From NCBI GenBank assembly GCA_030591445.1, contig JAUVBB010000001.1, positions 1 through 59,511 of the forward strand: a stretch of 59,511 nucleotides of DNA, in the 5' to 3' direction. Below the pieces are notes generated by a model. It was not told the origin of the DNA. It was given only the letters and a program-made list of their open reading frames with translations, and ran no database searches. This DNA is from Deltaproteobacteria bacterium (GTDB lineage: Bacteria; Myxococcota; B64-G9). The first letter of the stretch is position 1, and the number at the start of each line of letters is the position of its first letter. The position numbers were made by a program, and so were the translations under genes. This document shows, piece by piece, positions 7,509 to 15,011 of this stretch.

Positions 7509-9341
7509 GTGAAGAGATTTGTCCTCTTTTTACTGTCTGCTGTCTTATTCATTGGTTTGATCATGTCTTGTGGTGCAGGGGAACAGGGAGCCGCCGGGAC
7601 AAACTCGCTGATTCGAATGAATGAAGAACCAGCCGGAAATAACTGTACCGGGGGCGGAACGGCCATTCACGCTGGCGTTGACACCAACGACGATGGCCAG
7701 CTTGGCGATGATGAAATTCTCAGCACCTCCTATGTTTGCTCCGAGGCAAACTCGCTGATTCGAATGGATGAAGAACCAGCCGGAAATAACTGTACCGGGG
7801 GTGGGACGGCCATTCAGGCTGGCGTTGACACCAACGACGATGGCCAACTTGGCGATGATGAAATTCTCAGCACCTCCTATGTTTGCTCCGAGGTAAACTT
7901 GCTGATTCGAATGGATGAAGAACCAGCCGGAGATAACTGTACCGGGGGCGGGACGGCCGTTCACACCGGCGTTGACACCAACGACGATGGCCAGCTTGGC
8001 GATGATGAAGTTCTCAGCTCGTCCTATGTTTGCATCGGGGTAAACTCACTGATTCGAATGGATGAAGAACCAGCTGGAAATAACTGTGCTATGGGAGGAA
8101 CAGCCATTCACGCTGGCGTTGACACCAACGACGATGGCCAGCTTGGCGATGATGAAATTCTCAGCTCGTCCTATGTTTGCGACGTAAATATAACGGGTCC
8201 TGTACTGATCCGCCTTGACGAGGAGCCTGCAGGAGTAAATTGTGCGGCGGGGGGAACTGCCATGCATGCAGGCATCGACTATGACGAAAATGGGCAACTC
8301 GGTAATGATGAGATTCTAAGTACTTCCTACGTTTGTAACGGTGAAAGTTCGGCTGGAAACGGAGTGCTTGAAGGAGACTATACAATTAGAAATTCCCTCG
8401 ATTTGATTTTTCTGGCGGGATACACGGAGATCACGGGAGACCTTGTCATTGAGGCTCCTTGGATTTCCGAATTCCAGCTTCCACTTCTGTCATCCGTTGG
8501 CGGAGACCTGGAAATTCGTACCAGCACTGACCTGACAACCTTTGACTTGACCAGTCTCACGTCAGTCGGAGGGGCGTTGCTCATTGAGAACTGCGATGAC
8601 CTGACGAGCTTAGACGGATTGAGTGGCATTAGCTCGGTTGGGGGAGATTTGGTCATTAATTACAACGTTGCCCTTTCGAGTATAACAGGTTTGAGCGGCC
8701 TCACTTCAGTGGGCGGAAATTTGGAAATTTTTAGAAACGATGCCCTGACTAGCCTGGACATGCTTAATAGCATTATCACGGTTCGGGGGAGATTGTACCT
8801 TATTGGAAACATTTCCTTGACAACTCTTGGTTTCACCAGCCTCACCTCGGTCGAGGGGGACTTGCACATTGATGACCATGATGCGCTGACAACTATTAGT
8901 CTGACCAACCTCACCTCGGTCGAGGGGGACTTGCGCATTGATGACCATAATGCGCTGACAACTATTAGTCTGACCAACCTCACCTCGGTGGGCATGAATC
9001 TGAGAATTAGTGGCAACGATGCCCTGACAACTCTTGAGTTAACCGGCCTCACCTCGGTGGGCGTGGCCTTGTCAATTAGTTACAACACTGTCCTGACAAG
9101 TTTGGCTGGATTGAGTAGCATCATCTCGGTGAGGGAAAGTCTCAGCGTTGTAGACAACGATTCTCTAACAACTCTTGGTTTGACCAATCTCGCCTTAGTG
9201 GGGAATAATTTTTATATCATCGAAAATCGGGTTTTGCCAACTTGCGAAGCCGAAGCCTTACGCGATCAGGTACTGGCCGCTGACGGCATCGGCGATACCA
9301 TTTACATCTTTGATAATGACGGTGCAGGAACGTGTGAATGA
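7509..9341 (+). CDS. Repeat lipoprotein: five 49-aa Cys-bounded EF-hand-loop repeats followed by a ~23-aa LRR-like (receptor-L-domain-like) array
   Basis: The N-terminus VKRFVLFLLSAVLFIGLIMSC carries a lipobox-like IMSC. GTG 7509 has GGGGAG 6 nt upstream; the track ORF starts at ATG 7437. There are five copies of NSLIRMDEEPAGNNCTGGGTAIHAGVDTNDDGQLGDDEILSTSYVC. These are followed by about 13 copies of LTSLxxLTSVGGxLxIxxNxxLTxL. Confidence 0.85.
   Translation: MKRFVLFLLSAVLFIGLIMSCGAGEQGAAGTNSLIRMNEEPAGNNCTGGGTAIHAGVDTNDDGQLGDDEILSTSYVCSEANSLIRMDEEPAGNNCTGGGTAIQAGVDTNDDGQLGDDEILSTSYVCSEVNLLIRMDEEPAGDNCTGGGTAVHTGVDTNDDGQLGDDEVLSSSYVCIGVNSLIRMDEEPAGNNCAMGGTAIHAGVDTNDDGQLGDDEILSSSYVCDVNITGPVLIRLDEEPAGVNCAAGGTAMHAGIDYDENGQLGNDEILSTSYVCNGESSAGNGVLEGDYTIRNSLDLIFLAGYTEITGDLVIEAPWISEFQLPLLSSVGGDLEIRTSTDLTTFDLTSLTSVGGALLIENCDDLTSLDGLSGISSVGGDLVINYNVALSSITGLSGLTSVGGNLEIFRNDALTSLDMLNSIITVRGRLYLIGNISLTTLGFTSLTSVEGDLHIDDHDALTTISLTNLTSVEGDLRIDDHNALTTISLTNLTSVGMNLRISGNDALTTLELTGLTSVGVALSISYNTVLTSLAGLSSIISVRESLSVVDNDSLTTLGLTNLALVGNNFYIIENRVLPTCEAEALRDQVLAADGIGDTIYIFDNDGAGTCE
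7602..8339 (+). repeat. In-frame 147-bp tandem repeat: four near-identical copies plus one diverged copy
   Basis: Unit starts are at 7602, 7749, 7896 and 8043, giving an exact period of 147. Copies 1 and 2 differ at 6 of 147 positions by my manual comparison. The fifth copy, from ~8190, is diverged. Confidence 0.95.
8841..8990 (+). repeat. Near-perfect 69-bp tandem duplication inside the LRR-like array
   Basis: ctcacctcgg recurs at 8841, 8910 and 8979 (period 69 bp = 23 aa). The two full units encode LTSVEGDLHIDDHDALTTISLTN and LTSVEGDLRIDDHNALTTISLTN. Confidence 0.9.
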
Positions 9342-9414
9342 ACATGGAACATTGAATTCGGTTGAGTGATTTCCTATCCTGACATCAATAAGAGTTCCTG
9401 GTTGTTATGCAGAA

Positions 9415-10371
9415 CTAAAGGTGATAGCCGTTTTCGCCGTAGGGTTGCAGCTTGTTTAGCCAGAGTTCTTCCAGGGCGGCCAGATCCTGGCGTAGGAGTT
9501 GGAAGTCATCATCGGCTTCCAGGGTATCGAGCACTTCAACGTTGAATTGCTGGGCGCCGTATTTGTTCCAATCTTCTTGCAGGAGTTGGTTTTTATGGGT
9601 GCCCCATTTTAGCTGGCTTTGTTGGCTATTGAGAATCCCGGCAACGTTTAGCCCTTTGCCGATAAGAATCTTGCCGTTTGTCTGGTTGGTAATTTTGAAA
9701 ATACCGGCCCGCGGCGGATTTTGCTGGTAGGCCCGCTTGAGCGCCTCTCTTTGGGTTGGGGTCGGCGCTGCTTGCTGGATCATTGGTGGTTTTTGGATCT
9801 GCGGCGCCGGTTTGGCTTCTTCCGCGGTCAGACGGTATTGCTGGTTCTCTCGTGACATGATTTGTCCCTCGATAAATTCGCGTCGAATCGTGCAGTAATC
9901 GGGGTAACGCTTGGCGATGATGGCGTTGATTTCTTGCTGGTCATAAATCTGCTTGGCCTGAAAATCTTTGGCGATTTCCTCTAGCACGATGCGTCGTTTT
10001 TTCTTCTGCACTGGGAGTTGAAGTAACTTCCCCTTGCGGAAAAACGTCCGTAAAATCTTTGCCCGGTACTGTTGCAATCGCACTTGCTGCCGCTGTTGTT
10101 CGTCATCGCTGACGGTTAGAAGGTCGGCCAAACGCATTTTCAGAACTTCTTGATTGAGCGTATAAACCACATAATATTGTTCTTTGCGCTTGTGCACTAG
10201 TCCGGCCTTCTCTAGTTTTTTCAGGTGAAACGACACCGTTGATACCGCCAGCTTCACCCGCTCGGCTAACTCTTCCACATAATGGTCTTTGCCGGCCAAG
10301 GCGTTTACGATTCGCAAACGGGAAGGATCGGCCAAGGCTTTGACAATTAATAGGCTGCGGGCAAGATTCAT
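9415..10371 (-). CDS. ArsR-family HTH / DUF2087 / degenerate GIY-YIG domain fusion protein
   Basis: The N-terminus ALADPSRLRIVNALAGKDHYVEELAERVKLAVSTVSFHLKKLEKAGLV is an ArsR/SmtB winged HTH. The middle segment LRTFFRKGKLLQLPVQKKKRRIVLEEIA...YPDYCTIRREFIE is DUF2087-like. The C-terminus AGIFKITNQTNGKILIGKGLNVAGILNSQQSQLKWGTHKNQLLQEDWNKYG follows the GIY-YIG pattern, with GIF substituting for GIY and LIG for YIG. Confidence 0.85.
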   Translation of the reverse strand: MNLARSLLIVKALADPSRLRIVNALAGKDHYVEELAERVKLAVSTVSFHLKKLEKAGLVHKRKEQYYVVYTLNQEVLKMRLADLLTVSDDEQQRQQVRLQQYRAKILRTFFRKGKLLQLPVQKKKRRIVLEEIAKDFQAKQIYDQQEINAIIAKRYPDYCTIRREFIEGQIMSRENQQYRLTAEEAKPAPQIQKPPMIQQAAPTPTQREALKRAYQQNPPRAGIFKITNQTNGKILIGKGLNVAGILNSQQSQLKWGTHKNQLLQEDWNKYGAQQFNVEVLDTLEADDDFQLLRQDLAALEELWLNKLQPYGENGYHL

Positions 10372-10399
10372 GCTAACTCCCTGTCAGTTTCTATTTCTA

Positions 10400-10454
10400 T
10401 ATCTATCAAAACATACCTAGATAGTCAATAGTATTTCTACATCCTTCGAAATAC
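10400..10454. promoter_or_regulatory. Two inverted repeats in the divergent intergenic region upstream of the ArsR-like gene; candidate operators
   Basis: TATCTA-N12-TAGATA lies at 10400-10423. GTATTTC-N10-GAAATAC lies at 10431-10454. A TTGACA hexamer follows at 10457-10462. Confidence 0.4.
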
Positions 10455-10562
10455 TCTTGACATGCCAATTTTGACCACAGACATCCAAAAGCATCTTTCC
10501 TTCTGCTTATTTTTCACTCGCCAAGAGGGCCCCGGGTTAGATGGATGAAAGGAGGGTTTACG

Positions 10563-11597
10563 ATGACCAGAGATCGACAAATTATGATAACCATTACCGG
10601 ACTGATGGCCGGTTTGCTAGCTGGGTGCTTCAGTGGTGAGGGAGCGGAGTGCAATGCAGAGCCGGGTACCTACTGTATCGAGGAAGTCACTTACTCCACC
10701 AATAGTTGCGGGGAGCTGGAAGCGGTGCTGGAAGTCTGCAATTGCGGGTGCATTGCCGACTTTAGCGCCTGTAAACTTTGCAATTGCGACTCTCACACCG
10801 GCACTGTCTGCCAAGATGGGATCGTATACTGGTCCGACAGCTGCGGGCAAGCAGAGGAGCTCATTGAAGTATGCGAATGCGCTTGCACTCCAGACGGTTA
10901 CGGCTGTGAGGACTGTACCTGCGAGCCATCTTGTCTGGGCCTGGAGTGTGGGTCAGACGGCTGCGGAGACAATGACAACTGCGGCCAGTGCGATGAAGGC
11001 TGGACCTGCAACAGCGGAACCTGTGTCATAACCGGAACTTGTGACAACGGTCAACTCGAAACCTACGAGGAATGCGAGGGATTCGACCTTCGGGGCAAAA
11101 CCTGTACCCTTATTGGCTATGACGATGGCATCTTGTCCTGTGGTGATGATTGTATGTTGGATACTTCCCAGTGCCGCAGTTGCGGCAACAACCGGCTCGA
11201 ACCCGGAGAAGAATGCGACGGCTCCGATTTCGGAGAAATTAGCTGCGAATCGCTGGGATATGACGGAGGCACTCTGACTTGCGTCTACGACTGTGACTAT
11301 ATAGATCCGTCAAGTTGCCTAGGATTCGACCATGGCTGTGATGACGGCAGTGACTGCAACTCCTGCCTTGATTGTGCGATTACTAGCAGTTGTGTGAGCC
11401 AAAACGCCGCTTGCTCTGAAAATTCGGAATGCATGGACTACTGGTTCTGCATGGAAGACTGCCAAGATGAGTATTGTGCGGACCAATGTGCGGCGATCCA
11501 TCCTGACGGAAAAATTCTCAACGATGACATTTTCGATTGTGTGATTTGCGACAGTTGCTACCACTCATGCAACGGTGCCGCCTATGGCTGCGAGTAG
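10563..11597 (+). CDS. Cys-rich lipoprotein with myxobacterial-type cysteine-rich repeats
   Basis: The N-terminus MTRDRQIMITITGLMAGLLAGC carries the lipobox LAGC. AAAGGAGGG lies 6 nt upstream of ATG 10563. Two modules are present: CDNGQLETYEECEGFDLRGKTC... and CGNNRLEPGEECDGSDFGEISC.... These resemble the Myxococcus cysteine-rich repeat pattern CGNGxxExGEECD. Confidence 0.8.
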   Translation: MTRDRQIMITITGLMAGLLAGCFSGEGAECNAEPGTYCIEEVTYSTNSCGELEAVLEVCNCGCIADFSACKLCNCDSHTGTVCQDGIVYWSDSCGQAEELIEVCECACTPDGYGCEDCTCEPSCLGLECGSDGCGDNDNCGQCDEGWTCNSGTCVITGTCDNGQLETYEECEGFDLRGKTCTLIGYDDGILSCGDDCMLDTSQCRSCGNNRLEPGEECDGSDFGEISCESLGYDGGTLTCVYDCDYIDPSSCLGFDHGCDDGSDCNSCLDCAITSSCVSQNAACSENSECMDYWFCMEDCQDEYCADQCAAIHPDGKILNDDIFDCVICDSCYHSCNGAAYGCE

Positions 11598-11622
11598 TCC
11601 AATTGGGGTGACTGGCAGTGCT

Positions 11623-13491
11623 TTACAGGGCGCGATTCAGGATGGTGTTGAGGCGTTGGACGAATTCGGCGGGGTTTTGCATTTCTACGCCTTCTAGAAG
11701 CATGGCTTGTTCGAGCAGCAGGCGGCTGGAAGCGGCGAAGAGGGTTTCGTCTTCTAGCTTTTCCAGCTTGTGGATGATTTCGTGATTGGGGTTGACCTCT
11801 AGGATGGGCTTGATGTTGGGCATGTCGTCCTGGCCCATGGATTTGAACAGGGCCTGCATTTGGATGGAGGGGTCTTTGCCGTCAACCACCAGGCAGCAGG
11901 GGGAATCGGAGAGCCGGGTGGAGGCTTTGACTTCCTTGACCTGGTCGCCGAGCACTTCCTTGATGCGGGCAATCAGAGGATCAATCTCGCGTTCGGCGGC
12001 TTTGTCGTCTTCGGTTTTGAGGCCTTCGGCGGCGTCCGAGCGGTTGATCGAAACCAGTTCCAGTTCTTTATATTTGCCCACCGCCGAGATCACGATCTCG
12101 TCTACTTCGTCGTCGAGCAGCAGAACTTCGATCTTCTTTTCCCGGTAGGCCTCTAACAAAGGCGATTGGCGCAGGCTTTGTTCTTTTTCGCCGGTGAGAT
12201 AGTAGATTACTTTTTGATCTTCGCCCATGCGCTCTTGGTAGGCGGCCAGGCTGGTGAAAGTTTCGTCGCGGGTGGTCTTGTAGCGAACCAATTCTAACAA
12301 CTTGTCGCGGTTGACGTAGTCGGTATACAGCCCTTCTTTGAGCAGGCGGCCGAATTCAGCATGGAAGACCAGATACTTCTCTTCGTCTTCGGCCAGGCGG
12401 GCGAACTCTTCGAGCAGCTTTTTGACCGAAGCGGTGCGGATGCTTTCCATGATGGGGTTCTGTTGCAGGATTTCGCGGCTGACGTTCAAGGGCAAATCTT
12501 CGGAGTCAATGATGCCACGTACAAAACGCAACCAGGGCGGTAACAACTCTTTGCTGTCGTCGGTGATAAACACGCGCTTGACGTAGAGCTTGACCCCAGA
12601 GCGGTAGTTGGCATGAAAGATGTCGGCCGGGGTCTCTTTGGGCACGAAAAACAAGGTGGTGTATTCCAGGGTGCCTTCGGCCTGGTTGTGCAGAGTCAAC
12701 ATCGGCGCCTGGCTGTCGTTGGTCATGGACTGGTAAAACTTCTGGTAGTCCTCGTCTTTCAACTCACGCTTGCTTCGTTTCCAAAGCGCGCTGGCCTCGT
12801 TTACTTGCTCGATCTTGGGCTCTTTGATCTCTTTGCGGTCATCGCCCTCGCCTTCGAAGCGTGAATCTTCAAAGTGCAGGAAGATGGGATAGGAGATGTG
12901 ATTGGAATACTTCTTAATGATCGACTCCAGGCCCCAGCGATTGGTGTATTCCTGGCCGGCTTCATTGAGCCGCAGCTCAATGGTGGTGCCGTGGGAGTCA
13001 CGCTCGGCCTCACTGATTTCGTAGTCGCCCTGGCCGTTGGAACGCCAGCTCCAAGCCTGTTCCTCACCGGCCTTGCGGGAGATGATCTCGACAAAGTTAG
13101 CCACCATGAAGCTGGAGTAAAAACCGACCCCGAACTGGCCGATGAGATTCGAATCGGCTTTCTTGTCACCGGTGAGCTGCTCTACAAACTTACGGGTGCC
13201 GGAGCGGGCAATGGTACCGATTTGCTCGACCAGATCCTCTTGATTCATACCCAGACCGCTATCGGAAATCGTTAGCGTGCGGGCCACACTATCGAAATCG
13301 ATATCGATACGCGGGGCAAACTCGATCGACTTGTATTCTTCTTCAACCAAGGTCAAGTGCCGCAATTTATCGAGGGCATCCGAACCATTGGAGATCAGCT
13401 CGCGTAAAAAGATCTCTTTGTGCGAATACAATGAATGAATAATAAGCTGTAATAAATCACTGACTTCGGTTTCGAATTTTCTCTTGGTCAT
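11623..13491 (-). CDS. htpG: Molecular chaperone HtpG (Hsp90)
   Basis: The N-terminus FETEVSDLLQLIIHSLYSHKEIFLRELISNGSDALDKLR is the canonical Hsp90 ATPase signature. GQFGVGFYS is also present. Length is 622 aa. Confidence 0.97.
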   Translation of the reverse strand: MTKRKFETEVSDLLQLIIHSLYSHKEIFLRELISNGSDALDKLRHLTLVEEEYKSIEFAPRIDIDFDSVARTLTISDSGLGMNQEDLVEQIGTIARSGTRKFVEQLTGDKKADSNLIGQFGVGFYSSFMVANFVEIISRKAGEEQAWSWRSNGQGDYEISEAERDSHGTTIELRLNEAGQEYTNRWGLESIIKKYSNHISYPIFLHFEDSRFEGEGDDRKEIKEPKIEQVNEASALWKRSKRELKDEDYQKFYQSMTNDSQAPMLTLHNQAEGTLEYTTLFFVPKETPADIFHANYRSGVKLYVKRVFITDDSKELLPPWLRFVRGIIDSEDLPLNVSREILQQNPIMESIRTASVKKLLEEFARLAEDEEKYLVFHAEFGRLLKEGLYTDYVNRDKLLELVRYKTTRDETFTSLAAYQERMGEDQKVIYYLTGEKEQSLRQSPLLEAYREKKIEVLLLDDEVDEIVISAVGKYKELELVSINRSDAAEGLKTEDDKAAEREIDPLIARIKEVLGDQVKEVKASTRLSDSPCCLVVDGKDPSIQMQALFKSMGQDDMPNIKPILEVNPNHEIIHKLEKLEDETLFAASSRLLLEQAMLLEGVEMQNPAEFVQRLNTILNRAL

Positions 13492-13530
13492 TCCTCATCC
13501 TCCGGTGGTACTGGTCTATAGCGACGTGCG

Positions 13531-13560
13531 TAATATGGATCAAATTGGCATGATGTCAAG
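13531..13560 (-). promoter_or_regulatory. Sigma32-like heat-shock promoter candidate for htpG
   Basis: The minus strand reads CTTGACA-N14-TCCATATTA, compared with the sigma32 consensus CTTGAA-N13-17-CCCCATNT. It ends ~40 nt upstream of the htpG ATG. Confidence 0.35.
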
Positions 13561-13620
13561 CATTGACGCCAGGGACAAAACCAGGCAGGAATGGGCGCGG
13601 ACGACAAATGGGAGGAAATG

Positions 13621-14136
13621 ATGACGCGGAAACTCATGTCGGGGATGGCGATATTGGCATGGCTCTGCCTACCGGAACCCGCCCCGGCTCATGATCAAGT
13701 CGAAACCGGGGTTATCGAAATTGCGCTCAGTGGAGACCTGGCCCGTGAATTCAACAGCGAGAAAACCAACTTCAACCTGGGCCTGACGGTGGGGTACTTT
13801 GTCAATGATTGGCTTGAGTTGGGCCTGGTCGGGACCGGCAGTCACAACGCCGCCGGCTGGGGCGCAGATGCAAAAGCCCTGCTGCGCGTCTTTCCCTTTG
13901 CCTTCGCTGAAAGCTTGCCTTCTTACCTGGCGCCATTTGTGGGTCTGGAGTTGGGCGCCCTTTTCGTCGAGGATCTCGACCCTTTTATAACCGCCACTAC
14001 TTCCGTCGGCATCCACTTCTTTATCGTCGAAAACATCGCCCTCAGCCCCAGGCTTTGCTATGGCCTAGTTTACGTAAGCGGCGAAGACCTTGAGCACATT
14101 CTGGCGGTTCAATGGGGCTTGAGTATCTTTTTTTAG
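13621..14136 (+). CDS. Small outer-membrane beta-barrel protein
   Basis: The signal peptide is MSGMAILAWLCLPEPAPA. The sequence shows an alternating amphipathic pattern and ends in GLSIFF (aromatic C-terminal residue). GGAGG lies 5 nt before ATG 13621. Confidence 0.65.
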   Translation: MTRKLMSGMAILAWLCLPEPAPAHDQVETGVIEIALSGDLAREFNSEKTNFNLGLTVGYFVNDWLELGLVGTGSHNAAGWGADAKALLRVFPFAFAESLPSYLAPFVGLELGALFVEDLDPFITATTSVGIHFFIVENIALSPRLCYGLVYVSGEDLEHILAVQWGLSIFF

Positions 14137-14137
14137 A

Positions 14138-14947
14138 TCAGGGCTGGGAGCGAAACGACCACTGATAAAGTTCGGTCCTGGTATTTCCGCTCAGATCCTT
14201 GATGCCGGGTTCCAGCACCGCTTGGTAGTTGGCTCCGTTTTGCAGCGGAGCGGCTATGACCAGGGTGGCTTCGCGCCGGGTCTGATCGTAGCTAACGCTG
14301 CCGTAAAGCGAGCTACCGTCCAGAATCAAGTGGAACTTGTCTTCATCGAGAGAAATGCGTTCGACGCTTTCGTTGAACTGAATGCGAATCTTGATGTCCA
14401 GCGGCACATCCAGTGCCTCGGCCGGCGGTACCGTCGCCAAGATCTCGGGCGGGCGGGTGTCGGCACCTTCTATACAGGCATTTTCCACACATTGACGATC
14501 GGCCGGACAGTCGGCGTCGACCAGACAGTCTACACAGCGCCAGATGGCGAAATCACAGAAAGCGCCGGGACAATCAGTGTTTTGTTGGCACTCGGCACAA
14601 GCACCCCAGCTGCCGACATCTTGCAGGCAGGCCCAGTCGGTCGGACAATCTCGGCTGGAGCGACAACCATCAATACAAACGCTGGACTCGCAAATCTTGC
14701 CTCGATCGCAGTCGTTGTCGTCATGGCAACCTTGCCTGCAGGCATCGGCCAAACACAGCAGCTCGCCACTGCAATTTTCATCATCACGACACTCGACGCA
14801 AATCCCGTATTGCTCTTGGCAAAAAGGCGTCTCGTCCAGACAATCGTCGTCTTGGCCACATTCGTCTACAGAGCGATCCTTGGGCGCACAGGCCGCCAAG
14901 AAGGCAAGCGCCAAAACCAAAGCCCAGAATTTATCGCGGCACCACAA
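14138..14947 (-). CDS. Cys-rich lipoprotein with a C-terminal SbsA-type Ig-like (Big_5-like) domain
   Basis: FWALVLALAFLAAC is a lipobox. Repeated CxxDxDCxxxxxC modules follow. The C-terminus PPEILATVPPAEALDVPLDIKIRIQFNESV...LEPGIKDLSGN resembles the SbsA Ig-like domain. Confidence 0.7.
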   Translation of the reverse strand: MWCRDKFWALVLALAFLAACAPKDRSVDECGQDDDCLDETPFCQEQYGICVECRDDENCSGELLCLADACRQGCHDDNDCDRGKICESSVCIDGCRSSRDCPTDWACLQDVGSWGACAECQQNTDCPGAFCDFAIWRCVDCLVDADCPADRQCVENACIEGADTRPPEILATVPPAEALDVPLDIKIRIQFNESVERISLDEDKFHLILDGSSLYGSVSYDQTRREATLVIAAPLQNGANYQAVLEPGIKDLSGNTRTELYQWSFRSQP

Positions 14948-15011
14948 CCGTCCACCACCTTTCCATGGGTTAATTACAGTATACGGAAGAGTTTCGATTC
15001 TGGGCGGTTTT

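Noticed and set aside
7602-9230. Regular short tandem repeats considered as a possible CRISPR array or mobile-element scar
   Set aside because: The repeats are contiguous with no unique spacers. They are in frame, with periods of 147 and 69 bp, and they encode coherent protein repeats inside one long ORF.
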